From Callorhinchus milii (lineage: Eukaryota), in NCBI RefSeq assembly GCF_018977255.1, contig NW_024704752.1, positions 12,648,001-12,712,000 of the forward strand: DNA of 64,000 nt. Reading direction: 5' to 3'. Below, one piece after another: positions 48,301-60,477 of the stretch. The notes under the pieces were generated by a model. That model saw only the letters and a program-made list of their open reading frames with translations. It was not told the origin of the DNA and searched no databases. The position numbers and the translations under genes are program-made. Within the stretch, counting starts at the first letter, position 1. Every line of letters starts with the position of its first letter.

Positions 48301-51300
48301 GTATCTACTGTGATCTGAAAATAGTGCATGACCTGGAAAGATTTACAGAGAGGAGAAAATGTCTGAATTTGAGCTTGAGTGCACTTCAATAAATGTATGT
48401 AGGTACATTGATGGGAAAGAGTGTGAAAAAGGCACAAAGGCTCATTGAGATGGTTCTCTTGAGCCCCTGCCCCAACCCATGACATGACATCTACCTTCAC
48501 ATCTCATCTGGTGTTGGCCAAATGCCCCCATCACCCTTTAACTGATCAAGCTTGTATTGTGTTGGATTTCTGGTCTGCAGCACCTTAGTTTGTGTCCTCA
48601 TACCTGGTTGCTTCGATCAACTCGCTTTCTAGCATTGAGGCTTCACTTATTTTACGTATAGTCTTAAAGGTGACCATCGCTCCAGGCTTCAGTATCGCCT
48701 GGTACACAGTTCACATAATCACTTGTTTTCCATTGTGCTTTCTAGTAAATCGTATCAAGGAACTGTACAAGGTGTCTGTGCGAATCCCTCCTGACAATGA
48801 GAAGAGCAATCTAATCCGGATTGAAGGAGACCCTCAAGGAGTTCGATCTGCCAAGAAGGAGCTGCTAGAGCTTGCGTCCAGAATGGTGAGTGGAGGATTC
48901 TTACTTGTTGCTGCCAAAATCCACACTTTATTGGGAGGAAAAGGCTCTTCATAACATGCAGGCCTGCTGCAAGCTTAGTGTGGTTCCATTAATGGTTTTC
49001 AGGCTGGTGACTTTCACAAACATTTTTTTTTAATTTCCTGCTGTTCTGCCCTGGATTATCCACCCTGCTCACCAATGTCATCCAGCTTCCTTTCTATTGC
49101 TTATCAGGAACTCGCAGGTCAGAAACCTGGCCAGGTTACAGGAGTGGTTAGACAGTAACGCAGTCTCATTTACTGTTACAGCAGGGGCCACTGAATCTGA
49201 GAAGCTGATTTTCTTTTTCTTGCGTAACCCGTATGTTTATGTGGTGGGGCCAAATTAGTGTTTCCACCTCGATGTGCTAGGATTTCAATTTGAAAGGAAG
49301 TGCCAATGAATAGCAAATGAGATTTACATCGCATTGTGTTCTCTTGAGTTATACTTCTGTAACTTGCAGGAAAACGAACGCACCAAGGATTTGATCATCG
49401 AGCATCGCTTTCACCGGACAATCATCGGCCAGAAGGGAGAGAAGGTCAAGGAGATACGTGACAAATTCCCGGAGGTACTGGGCACAGGATGGGCTGACTT
49501 GTTTGGTTCTAGTATCACTTCGGTAAGATTACTGAATTCTTGTTGTACTGATTTTTTTTAACTTTCCAATTCAGGTCATCATTAATTTCCCGGATCCAGC
49601 TCAGAAGAACGATGTTGTTCAGCTACGTGGCCCTAAAAATGAGGTTGAGAAGTGTGCCAAGTTCCTGCAGAAAGTTGTAGCTGAATTGGTAAGTTTGCAC
49701 TATGGTATGGTCTCTATGCACTCAGAAAGGTGGGGAGGAAGAGGATATGAACTGGGTAGTGCTGTGTTTTGAATGTAAAGGGGAGGATGTCCTGTCGTGG
49801 ACAATGTAATTAAGGTTTTCACTATTATGAGTGTGGTGGGGGGTAGGTGTGGAATTCAGCACCTCACGGCCATCGAATTGAATTCAGAAATGGAGTAATA
49901 ATAATACTTGCATTTGAGATAGCACCTTATTGCGTCTTTGAGACATCTGAAAACACTTCACCGAATATACTGTAAAGTGAATCAACTGTATCTTGTGGGT
50001 GAAATGCAGCTGTCAATTGCACACAGCAGTATCCGATGAAGTCGTAGATTGAGTGACCAAATTATTATTTATTGTTTGAAGGGAATATTACTCCCAGAAA
50101 AGTGATCCGCCAATCGACTGGATCGGGACCTAGTTACTGCTATGATTGACATGACCATCAAACATCATGTTGCATGAGATTTTGACAATTTAATCAACAT
50201 AAGATTGGGATTTCATATCTATAAACTCTTAATCTCCCATTGTACTCGTGCATTGAAATGAATAAAGCAGTCACCTGAATCTACACAACTTCTTGGTAAC
50301 ATTCTGTTTGTCTCTCAAACCCAGGTGGAGAACAGCTTTTCTGTTTCTGTGCCCATCTTCAAGCAATTTCACAAGAACATCATTGGAAAAGGAGGAGCAA
50401 ACATCAAGAAGGTGTGTAACAGTGGTCCGTCTGCTGCTGTGAGGTGAATGGACTGAATGTGATGTTTTACTTGTGTGAAACCAAGTGAAAGGCCAAAGTT
50501 GAATGAGTGGGACAGAGGGAGAGATGAATTGATGTAGTGGTTGGACTGCCAAAGTTATTGATCATAGGAGGAAGTGCAGATGTAAATTTTTAAAAGATCG
50601 GGTAGGAATACAGAGAAAGTCGCATTCAAAAGAGTAGACCACTTGAGAGGGTTAGATAACCGACAAAATTGACTGGTATAAATTCCCTTCAGTTAATTAC
50701 TTCCAGATTATACATGGAAATTATAAACTGGGCCATGAGTTTAGAGATTTTTCAGATGGAAGAGTTGTATTCACTTTCTATCAGGCCTGGGGTCTGGTGA
50801 CAATGGCTTTCATTTGTTCAGACCAGATGAGATTGGTGTCAATTTTTCTTTTCCAGATCCGCGAAGAAACCCTTACAAGGATTGATCTACCGGCAGAGAA
50901 CAGCAATTCTGAGATGATTGTTATTACAGGAAAGAAAGCCAACTGTGAATTAGCTCGCAACCGGATCCTTTCTATCCAAAAGGAACTGGTATAAAGCGAT
51001 TTTTCTGCTTGTCCTTCAACTATCTGCTGTGTGAAATAAACCTTTCTTGTAATTGACAGGCTTAGCTATTCTCAGATGACACCATGTATTTTTGTGCCCC
51101 GTCACACCTGATTTCACCAGACCTGTCCAAAGACTTAAATGCTGCAAGCCTTTAGGAAGAGTAGGAAATAAATCTCTTTACTTTTGAGAGTGGGAAGAAT
51201 TTTTAGTGAATGAAACCTTTACTTCCTGAATCATGCTGAAGATAAGTTGGATGCAGACTGGACATCCAAGGATTTCGCACTTGGGGATCCCTGTGCCAGT

Positions 51301-54300
51301 TATGCAGGACCTGAGCTGAAGGGGTGGGAAGCAGGGAAAAATGGAGAGTGATTTGCTTTGGGCTACCTTCCCAGAATTAATAGCCAGTCAGACCATCACC
51401 TACTTGTTTTGGGGGTAGGGGAAGGATGGAACTTAAAGATTTTGAATTTGGGGAAGAGTTCCTGCTTCTTACTACATTTGGAGGGTGCTTTGATCAACTT
51501 CACAAAGGGATCAGGATCTGTAATATGCCATTTATGGCATTTTTTTACATGTTTAAATGGTTAATCCCATTCTATAGACATTAACAAAGATTTTCCTATT
51601 TTAGCAATTAACAGATTCCAGTCTGTTCCCACAATTGGTAGATTACTCCTATGTTCCCAATCTTGTCCTGTGATAAAGTGGAGATTTCCAAGACTCTGAA
51701 ATTTCTGAATACATCTATTGCAGGCAAATATCACCGAGGTTGAGGTTTGCATTCCCGCCAAGCTCCATAACTCTCTGATCGGTGCTAAGGGCCGCTTTGT
51801 CCGCTCCATCATGGAGGAGTGTGGAGGGGTCCACATACACTTCCCTACTGAAGGATCGGGCAGCGACACTGTCACCATTAGAGGGCATACCGAGGAGGTT
51901 GACAAGGCAAAGAAACAACTGCTTCACTTGGCTGAGGAAAAGGTAACCTTGTGCTATCTACAGAAAAGGCAGTGGGTGTGCCAGATTTCATAAAGAATTA
52001 TCTTTGGGTCACTGGCTTGTGCCTGCATGTTCGTAGACTTACACTTCAGATTCGTTTTTTCTTTCACTCAGCCTAGGATTGGCATACTGCTGAGATAAAG
52101 GTGATTTTTCCTTTGTGGGGAAGGGTCAACTCCTGATTGACTGAGATCACAAATCTTTCCTAATGGCGAGAGCAAGTCATGACTTTTGGTTTTCTTTTCT
52201 CTCTTTTGCATCCTCCCCAGGGCTAAGCTCTCTTATCTCCAGGTAAATCTTTTCTCTTTTTAAATGTAGCAAATCAAGAGCTTCACAGCAGAGCTGCGTG
52301 CCAAGCCAGAGTACCACAAATTCCTGATTGGCCGCGGCGGTGCTAACATCCGCAAGGTGCGCGACAACACGGGGGCCCGGATCATCTTCCCCACAGCAGA
52401 CGACCAAGACCAAGAACTGATCACGATTGTCGGTACAGAGGAAGCTGTCAAGGATGCTCAGCGAGAACTGGAGATCCTGATCAAAAACCTGGTGAGGCAT
52501 CTTTCTTAAGAGCTTAAGAAGCCGGAACTCCTCATCACAGGGAACAGTTAGAGGAGAACCCACACCCCCCCAACCCGTGGAGCAGGGTCCAGAAGGCTGT
52601 GGTGTTTAAGGGGGGGGTGGGGAGGAGAGAAATAGCCACTATTATCCTTGATGCACCACTGATTCCCAGAGCTTATCGCCTCACCTGTCTAATCATTATA
52701 ATCTCTAAATTGGGTGGTTCTTGGACGTGTGTCCTATTATCACATAGTCTCTGTACCACCAGCTTCCTGTCTTTGGGTGTTCTTTTTTGTGCAACCCGAG
52801 TGATTTTCATTGGTGTCATGCGATCTTGTAATGAGGGTCTTTGGGCTTGCAAAGTATTCCCTGCCCTAGAAGGGAAGCTTAAGTAACTTTATTTTTAAAA
52901 AAAAAAGTTGCCTTCTCTAGAGTTCTGGCCCAAGAAAAATACTGCAGGATGTTTTGCAATAATGGGCTTGAATACAGAGGTGACATCACCATGGTAAAGA
53001 ATGAGTTTAAGGTGTTACTGAGTGATCAAATCTGCCACACGTCTGCTTTTTTTGTTCTCTCCCCTGCCTTTACAGGATAATGTCATCGAGGATGTGATGA
53101 CTGTTGACCCCAAACACCACCGTCACTTTGTGGCGCGCCGTGGACAAGTATTGCGGGACGTCGCAGATGAATATGGTGGGGTGATGGTCAGTTTCCCTCG
53201 TACCGGCACTCAGAGTGATCGTGTGACACTGAAGGGAGCCAAAGATTGTGTGGAGGCAGCCAAGAAACGCATGCAGGAGATCATCGAGGACCTGGTAAGG
53301 AGGCGAGGCTCTGGTGGAACGGACCTGTAGTGAGTTAAATGCTGAAGAACACTATGCTGAGGCTGGTAACTCTTTCTGTTTTGCTATAGGAAGCTCAGGT
53401 GACCATTGAGTGTGTGATTAACCAAAGGTTTCATCGCATGGTGATGGGTGCTAAAGGCTTAAAGGTACAGCAGATCACCAAGGACCACCTCGTGCAGATC
53501 AAGTTTCCTGAGCGTGAGGAGAATCCAGGTACAACCCCATTTCGTTCCTATCTCCCATTTCATTGTGTGATTGTTACAGCCAACTTTAAGACCATAACAG
53601 TGAGAACAAGACTACTTGCGATCAAGTTTGTCTTTTCTGGGATGCGGACTATAAATAGATGCAACGTGCAAGAAGCCTCCTACAATGTGAAATATCATCA
53701 CCTGTGATGTTTAGCCAGCACATGTTGCGAAACTGATGTGATCATTTTTACCAATCTCCTCTGTCTCCTCAGTGGGTCTAAAATACTTTTCACTGATGTA
53801 CATGTTAGACACCAGTATCTCCCAGCTCCCAGGCTGAACTACACTTCTTTATTGCTAACGAGAGCAATTTGTAACTCAACGTCTAGTGTTGCAGGGCTGA
53901 TGGTGCACTGGAGTAGAACAAGATCTTATGCATCACATTGTCCCACAGGGCCTGAGCTACAGCACGTACATGAGAACGGAGAGACCAATGGAGAAGTTAA
54001 AGTTGATCCCACAGTCCCAAAGAAGAACGATATCATTATTATTTCCGGAAGGAAGGAGAGATGTGAGGCCGCTAGAGATGCTTTGCTGGTATGTTGCATT
54101 TCACATTCCTTCAATGGGAATGAGTGAAAACGGGTGCTTGATGAGGCAGTGCAGCCCTTGTGCAAAATTGTTTCCTTTGTTCAGTTAATACCCATTATTT
54201 CTAGTGGTTATTACTATATTTACCACACTGTATACCTGCTGACAGTGGTAGACCACAATCAAATAAACATTTGCGATCAAGCAGCGTTGAGTAAGAGATC

Positions 54301-57300
54301 CACATATATTCTGGTATTCCCAAGTGAAGTATTCTATCACCAGGTCAGACAGATAGACTGTACGTGCAATGAGTTTCTTGGCTTTGAATGTGGCAGTGCA
54401 AGCTTTCTACAGATTGATACCATAGATTTCTACAGAGTGATACCATAGATGTGTTTTCCTGCATTATTACTGCACACAAAGAGATGTTTTATTTTTGTAG
54501 TTCTGCAATTTGCTCTTGCAGTGACAACCACTCTGCGGTTGTGTTGTATGGTGGGTAGGGAAGAGGAGGTGAGGGAAGGTGACAGGAGGTGAAGCACGTT
54601 TGGACCTCTTAGTGACCAGTTATAACAAAAGTAAAGGATGAACTTTTGGAACAGGATAAAGTAGTGATAAAACTGAAATTACAGACCTTTTTTAAAATTT
54701 AAGATTCTTAATTTTACAAACTGTTTTTAATTGTGACCTCCAGTTTGAAAATCTAAAATGGTGGTTGGACTTGAGATTCACAAAATGGCTAATCCCAAAA
54801 GTCAGCAACTGTATTAACTGGCAATTAGAGCTCCTATGGAAGCAGCCAGTTAAGTTGTTTTTTGGTGAGTTACCTAATTCCCTCTAGAAATCAGTATTTA
54901 TACAGACTTTCCCTCAGGAGATAAAGCAGGTTGAATGATGGGCTGAGTTGTAAATGCTCTGTGATATCCAAGTAGCTAGCTGTTCATGCTTGTATCTTTA
55001 TAATAGGCCCTGGTTCCCGTTACTATCGAGGTGGAAGTACCCTTTGACCTGCATCGTTATATCATTGGCCAGAAGGGAAGTGGTATTCGCAAGATGATGG
55101 AAGAATATGAGGTAAAAACACTGTATGGAGGTGGTGGTGGGGGAAAGGGACTAGAAGGTTATACAAGATACTAGCACATAAGTGTCACTCTGTCTCAACT
55201 GGAGGCACACTCGCCTTTCAATCCAAAAGATTGTGAGCTCACACTCTATGTCAGGACTCTGGAGCTGATTATCTAGACAGATGCATTGCAAAGTTGTAAG
55301 AATGCTGTATTGTTGAAGGTACCATCCTTCACTTGTGACATTCATGCAAGGTCCAGTCTGCCTGTTCAGGTGAATGTTGAAGATCCCAGGGCTTCTATTA
55401 GAAAAGAGAAGGGAGTTCCTCAGATCAAATTAGCTATGTACTTCATGTCCACAGGACAGTTCTGTGTTTAGAATGGCTGCTGTGTTTGCCTACACTGTAT
55501 CGTTGCATTCTAACTCTTGAATTGTTAATTTGAGGTACGATCCAGTACAAAGATAATTAAATGGGCACATGCAGCCAATCTGAATCAAAGGACAGAAAGA
55601 ATGTGTGTCATAACGTTGGCCATTGTATTTTTGAACCGAGGTCTTTTCAAGTAATTTTCATGAAGCTTTTACCTTTTCTGTACTAGATTTTCTCCTATTG
55701 ATTGTATTTGTTTCCCCATGTGCTCCCTGGAGACTTGCCCCTTTGTATCTCTCATACATATTTTTCACCTGGGTGTCTAGCATCTCATGGTCTCTTCAGC
55801 TGAAACACAGCTTCACATTTGAGTTTGATCCTGTCCTTAGGAATCACCAACTAGTGATCAAGACCTTTTTTTCTTCTGCCTGGGACCCTCAAACCAAATG
55901 AACTCCTCGAGTGATGTATGTTTTTTGAAAGTCTATAACACGTTTGAAGTGTTAAACTGATCTTAATCTAGCTGATCTCATCTTTCTCTGTCATCTGTGA
56001 ATCAGCATATTGTGTGTTATCTCATGCTGCCAAGAAAGTGGGGACAAGACAGGCTGACAGTGGGAGGAATCGTGCAGATCGAGTCTGACATCCCTGTTTA
56101 CTAACCTGCAAAATGGTGGCCCTAGCAGAAAACTGGGATCAATTCTATTGAAACTATTTAATTTGCAGTTTTGTGGTAGAATTGCATTTAACGTTGTGCC
56201 AAGGGTGCTGAACCGCATCACTTTAATTCAGGGCAGGGAGCAAACACCCATAAGTGCCTTCAAGTGGGAATTGTAAATGGGAATTAACCTGTCATTCATC
56301 AGTTTTAAAGAGTTGCTGTTAATTCTTTGGTATCTGTTTTCAAATCTAGGTGAACATTGCTGTGCCCCCTCATGAGGAGCAGTCTGATACCATCAGAGTT
56401 ACAGGGCTGGTTGCCAATCTGGACCGAGCCAGGGATGGGCTAACTGAACGAGTCAAAGAGCTGCAGGCAGAGCAGGAAGACCGGGTAAGCAAACTCACTC
56501 GGCAAGACTATGGAAATTGGATCCTGCTTTCAATAGAATGGTTCCTTCTTGATTTGATCACTGCCTTGCTTTTTCTCTTTCCCTCTGTTCACTTTCCTTT
56601 CCCACCACCCAATTTCAAGTGCTGCTGCCCAAAACTTGGTAGATGTTGGAAATCTTTCTCTGAGAGACTTAGTGTGGGAGTGGAAAAGTCCCTACTGGTG
56701 CGGTAAGCGGTTGGGGGGGTCTCAGGTTGTGGCCTAAAACACTTTGTGGATGGAGTTGAGGAAACGGTTTGGCAGCTAACTATCTTGTATTGACCTGAGA
56801 ATGTTTGATGGTGGCACTGAAAAAAAAACCAGAGGAGCTCAAATTGAAATTACTGTTTCAATTATTGTAAGACTGGCTGTCTGTTGGCCTCAGTGCACTG
56901 CATCGTATTATCACTTGTGGAATTAATGACTGGTACTTGATCTTTGCAGTGCACTGAAATGCAGTGGTGTTTATATTAAAAACAAATGCTGCCCAAGATT
57001 GTGTGGGCAGGCATGAATTTTAATTGAATCAGCCAGGTGGCATAGTTGAGGTTCTGTTGCTGGTTGTGAATTGACTCTAACCAGCTTTTTTTTAACATGG
57101 TCTCTTGTAGGCTCTGAGAAGTTTCAAGTTGACCATCTCTGTGGACCCCAAATATCATCCAAAGATCATCGGCAGGAAGGGTGCGGTTATCACTCAAATT
57201 CGCATCGACCATGACGTCAACATACAGTTCCCCGATAAGAATGATGAAAACCAGGTGGGGATTTGGGGCTGTTCTCATACTCTGCTTCCTGAGCAGAGCC

Positions 57301-59385
57301 AATCTGTTAGTTGGTAAAAGAGATGAAAATAGAAATCCATCAAATTCCCACATCGACAATCTTAACTTTACCAACAATCAAAAGAATTGGAAGCTTCTGT
57401 GGATGATGGTAATTGGGGCAGGGCATTGTTGCCCAGTTCAGCAATACTAGCATTTTATTGGTTGAGTTGCAGACCCTAGATCTTGTTGTTTTTTAAACTC
57501 ACTGACTTCTGTCTTCAGGATCAAATTACCATCACTGGATATGAGAAGAATACTGAAACTGCCAAGGAAGCCATCATGAAGATCGTGACTGAGCTGGAGG
57601 ATATGGTGTCCGAAGACATTACTCTCAGCCACCGTGTCCACGCCCGCATCATTGGTGCCCGCGGAAAGGCCATCCGTAAAATCATGGAAGACTTCAAGGT
57701 GAGATTAGATGGGACTAAACAAATGTCTCAAATTGTTCACGTTTGGGTTGGCAAACTAGGGCATCTGTGCCACCAGCAAGGCTCCACAAGACCATGAAAC
57801 TTGTCAATTAACCTGGAGCATTGTTGATCAGATTCTACATCCTATTGGCTTAAACATGTTTCCAGTGGCTCAGTTGGTAACCTACTGAGTTATACATAAG
57901 TCCAGGGAGTTTCTAGGTATGCTTTCCCTGTCTTAAGATGAGTTGGGGTTTATTCAGTAGGGTTATTCATAATACACTTCTAGGCCTTTTCACAAAGTCT
58001 TGCTGCTCTTTTTGCTGCTGCAGGTTGACATCCGTTTCCCTCAGTCTGGAGCGGAGGATCCGGACCGTGTGACTGTGACCGGCCTACCTGAGAACGTAGA
58101 TGAGGCTATTGACCATCTGCTGAACCTGGAGGAGGAGTATGTATGTATCTACAGCACAGTTATTGCAGAGAACCTTTACCACTCTCTAGATGCAATTTAT
58201 CATTAACTCCTGGACTCCTACTGTACCCAGACAAGTGTTGATTCAGGATGTCCTGTTACATAAAGGCTCGAGTCCAGTATTCATTCTAGCTATTCCATAC
58301 CATGTTATGTAAGGATCTGTAGCACAGAAAAAGTATTTGTTCAGGCAGCTCTCGCAGGACATCACTGAAGAGCCATACAGTACATGGAGTGGGGAAATGA
58401 GCAGGAAGGAGCTAGGCTCCCTTTGGTTTTGGTTTCCAAGCACACCGTGGTGTCTGTTCCTGGAGCTACCCTGGAGATCGTGTGGAGGGATAAAGTGGCA
58501 CCGTCTGGGTCAAGAGAATGGTTCCCATTTTGTGAAGTACACTTACAAAGATTAAAACATTAAATACATGGTGCAATTATTGTAGCCATTACAAAATAAT
58601 CTTATGGGAGGGAAAGGGCTGAAGTTTTGTTCTTGTTTAAAACTCACCACCAAAGATTTCAGAATGGAGTGTATGACTGTATCAGACCCCATAGCACAGC
58701 TCACTTGCCCAATACTGTTTGCAGATGTCTGATGTTGTTGAGAACGAGGCAATGCAGGCCTACATGAAGCCAGCATCCCGCATGGATGAGCCAAAGGCCC
58801 CTTCCAAGGGCTTTATGGTGAGAGACGCCCCTTGGACCAGCAGCAGCACGGAAAAGGTAAGCTTGCCCCGAATGTCACTTTCTTTTCTATCTTGATCTCA
58901 GTCAAAGTATAAACAAATTAGTATGCGGTGGGTGTTGCAATTTTTTTTAAAAAAGGGGAATTACTTTTGCCCTTATAATTTCGCTCCACTTGGTCTGGCC
59001 TCCTCCTCGTCTCCCGAATCCTCCGCTCCACCATCGGCGGCCGTGCCTTCAGCCACTACGCCCTGAGGCTCTGGAACTCCCTTCCTCACTCCCTTCGCCT
59101 CGCCCCGTTTCCTACTTTCAGGTCTCGGCTAAAGACCTTTTCGACTGCACCTTTGGTCACCTTCTCCCCCCTCCCCCTGGCTCAGCCCCGGGATCTGTTA
59201 TTGTGAAGCACTCTGAGACGCCGTCCAGTGCAGAGGGCGCTATATAAATCCAAGTTGTTGTTGTAATTAGGATCTTTCCTATTCCTCTCTCCCAGGCTCC
59301 AGACGTGAGTAGCTCAGAAGACTTCCCAAGCTTTGGTGCTCCTGTTGCACCAAAGACTTCCCCTTGGGGACCGAAGAGATTCTAA
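42321..59385 (+). CDS. HDLBP: Vigilin (high-density lipoprotein-binding protein), multi-KH RNA-binding protein; 26 coding exons, 1262 aa
   Basis: Starts MSSVAVLTPESFAEHRSGL and ends SSSEDFPSFGAPVAPKTSPWGPKRF*. Exon lengths sum to 3789 nt with consistent phases. 14 KH loops: GKNG, GAFN, GPKG, GKKG, GKSG, GQKG, GKGG, GAKG, GRGG, ARRG, GAKG, GQKG, GRKG, GARG. Confidence 0.98.
43561..43715 (+). CDS. HDLBP: HDLBP coding exon 2 (…PTYKEAFPPLPEK…SSLITQ)
   Basis: 155 nt, AG/GT. Confidence 0.92.
44023..44238 (+). CDS. HDLBP: HDLBP coding exon 3 (VFHVPLEERKYK…AKLQTQ)
   Basis: 216 nt, AG/GT. Confidence 0.95.
44503..44709 (+). CDS. HDLBP: HDLBP coding exon 4 (ASATVAIPKEHHRFVIGKNG…SAEQ)
   Basis: 207 nt, AG/GT, KH motif. 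Confidence 0.95.
45431..45646 (+). CDS. HDLBP: HDLBP coding exon 5 (DKRAVERINIEK…IYEEK)
   Basis: 216 nt, AG/GT. Confidence 0.95.
46050..46256 (+). CDS. HDLBP: HDLBP coding exon 6 (KKKTTTIAVEVK…EVYAK)
   Basis: 207 nt, AG/GT, GPKG. Confidence 0.95.
46752..46859 (+). CDS. HDLBP: HDLBP coding exon 7 (ANSFTVATLTAPAWLHRFIIGKKG…TPK)
   Basis: 108 nt, AG/GT. Confidence 0.95.
47172..47276 (+). CDS. HDLBP: HDLBP coding exon 8 (VHIEFTDGED…VEDL)
   Basis: 105 nt, AG/GT. Confidence 0.95.
47868..47946 (+). CDS. HDLBP: HDLBP coding exon 9 (VNRMDYTEITIDPKFHRHLIGKSGTN)
   Basis: 79 nt, AG/GT. Confidence 0.95.
48746..48885 (+). CDS. HDLBP: HDLBP coding exon 10 (NRIKELYKV…LASRM)
   Basis: 140 nt, AG/GT. Confidence 0.95.
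49370..49474 (+). CDS. HDLBP: HDLBP coding exon 11 (ENERTKDLII…DKFPE)
   Basis: 105 nt, AG/GT. Confidence 0.95.
49575..49688 (+). CDS. HDLBP: HDLBP coding exon 12 (VIINFPDPAQK…VAEL)
   Basis: 114 nt, AG/GT. Confidence 0.95.
49897..50092 (-). mobile_element. Diverged 3' half of the same SINE in an HDLBP intron
   Basis: (taa)n-cttgcattt...tgtaaagtgaatcaactgtat...gtcgtagattga. Confidence 0.8.
50325..50411 (+). CDS. HDLBP: HDLBP coding exon 13 (VENSFSVSVPIFKQFHKNIIGKGGANIKK)
   Basis: 87 nt, AG/GT. Confidence 0.95.
50857..50988 (+). CDS. HDLBP: HDLBP coding exon 14 (IREETLTRIDLP…QKEL)
   Basis: 132 nt, AG/GT. Confidence 0.95.
51724..51942 (+). CDS. HDLBP: HDLBP coding exon 15 (ANITEVEV…LAEEK)
   Basis: 219 nt, AG/GT. 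Confidence 0.95.
52270..52491 (+). CDS. HDLBP: HDLBP coding exon 16 (QIKSFTAELRAKPEYHKFLIGRGG…IKNL)
   Basis: 222 nt, AG/GT. Confidence 0.95.
53076..53294 (+). CDS. HDLBP: HDLBP coding exon 17 (DNVIEDVMTVDPKHH…IEDL)
   Basis: 219 nt, AG/GT. Confidence 0.95.
53390..53528 (+). CDS. HDLBP: HDLBP coding exon 18 (EAQVTIECV…REENP)
   Basis: 139 nt, AG/GT. Confidence 0.95.
53949..54088 (+). CDS. HDLBP: HDLBP coding exon 19 (GPELQHVHENGE…RDALL)
   Basis: 140 nt, AG/GT, restores phase. Confidence 0.92.
55007..55111 (+). CDS. HDLBP: HDLBP coding exon 20 (ALVPVTIEVEVPFDLHRYIIGQKG…EEYE)
   Basis: 105 nt, AG/GT. Confidence 0.95.
55183..55500 (+). mobile_element. Older Deu-type SINE, decayed
   Basis: tRNA-like head plus gtctgcctgttcaggtgaatgttgaagatcccaggg and aatggctgctgtgtttgcctaca. 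Confidence 0.6.
56350..56484 (+). CDS. HDLBP: HDLBP coding exon 21 (VNIAVPP…EQEDR)
   Basis: 135 nt, AG/GT. Confidence 0.95.
57111..57254 (+). CDS. HDLBP: HDLBP coding exon 22 (ALRSFKLTISVDPKYHPKIIGRKG…DENQ)
   Basis: 144 nt, AG/GT. Confidence 0.95.
57519..57698 (+). CDS. HDLBP: HDLBP coding exon 23 (DQITITGYEKN…MEDFK)
   Basis: 180 nt, AG/GT. Confidence 0.95.
58024..58140 (+). CDS. HDLBP: HDLBP coding exon 24 (VDIRFPQSG…LEEEY)
   Basis: 117 nt, AG/GT. Confidence 0.95.
58725..58856 (+). CDS. HDLBP: HDLBP coding exon 25 (MSDVVENEAMQAYMKP…VRDAPWTSSSTEK)
   Basis: 132 nt, AG/GT. Confidence 0.94.
58993..59263 (+). mobile_element. L2 3' fragment in the last HDLBP intron
   Basis: ccaccatcggcggccgtgccttcagcc...ctctggaactccct...gcgctatataaatccaag(ttg)n. 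Confidence 0.82.
59296..59385 (+). CDS. HDLBP: HDLBP last coding exon (APDVSSSEDFPSFG…WGPKRF*)
   Basis: cccag|GCT...TTC TAA, 90 nt. Confidence 0.95.
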   Translation, partial: APDVSSSEDFPSFGAPVAPKTSPWGPKRF

Positions 59386-60471
59386 CCTGGAAGAAGCCCT
59401 TTTCCTGTACCGCTGAACTGCCAAGATGTGCTTCCTGTTTGATTCCAGTTCAGCAGCCTAGCAAATAATTAGACTAGCAACTACTTCCTGTGTCATGATT
59501 GCTCCCCCTCCCCGCCAAAAAAACTGCAATTGAAGGTCCTATTTCACAGCCCGGTTTACATTAATTACCCCCCTTTAACTTCACAGCATTCTGCAAAGCA
59601 CCTGTCGAGCATAGGCCAGTTAAAATCTCACCTGGTACTGTGTCAGTGGCTGGTGTGCTTTGCGCATCCAGAAAGACCCGTCCTAATTGAACAAGTCTCA
59701 CACCATGGGCCTGCCAGCCATGACTATCCATCTGGTTCAATCCTCCCATTTAATTCAGAGTTTGGTTGATACTTAGAGGAGGTTAAGGTGAGTAGAGTAT
59801 AGAAAGGGGAGCATTGTATCTAAGTAGGGCTTCTTAAGAGAACTACCTTTGCAGTTTTCCCTGGTAAAGTGCAAATGCTTTAGCCTTTTAGTTGCCATTG
59901 AGCCCCAGCCCCATTTAACACTAGCCATGGTTCCAAATCTAGCGAGATTCCGTCTTTCATCCATAGCAAGCAAACCAGGCTAGATCGACTCGTTTGATAA
60001 CGGAATCAATTCCAAATTGCATGTATTCACCATTACCAAAGGGACAGTAGATCCTCATGAATTGTGCTGGTGTAGATTTCACCCCCTCATCCCCCTGGAG
60101 TTCCTCTGCATTCATGACTCTTCTATTGCAGAATTGACTATTGTGTATGTGGTGACGTTTGTTACGTGACCCAGGACTAAATGCTCTGAATGAAACTCCC
60201 AAGCAGTGTGTAAATGGAGCTCTGCTAAATTAGAATGACAGCTTAAGGGTACTGAGGGGTTAAAATTAAATTTTAAAAAATATATCCAAGCCAAACAGGT
60301 TCCCTTAAATGGTCCCAAAGCCAAAGATGCATTGGCAGCCGTGCAGTTAGCATACAGCACAAAGCCAGCAGCCTCGCTGTCCTGCCAGTGTGCCATTACT
60401 GCAGGGGGTGAGGCCCCAACACACAGGCTGCTCCCATTACAACGACCCCTGGGTGGTACTTTTCACAAAAA

Positions 60472-60477
60472 AATAAA
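60472..60477 (+). terminator. Candidate HDLBP polyadenylation signal (AATAAA)
   Basis: AATAAA ~1.1 kb after the stop, with GT/T-rich sequence at ~60547-60578. Confidence 0.5.
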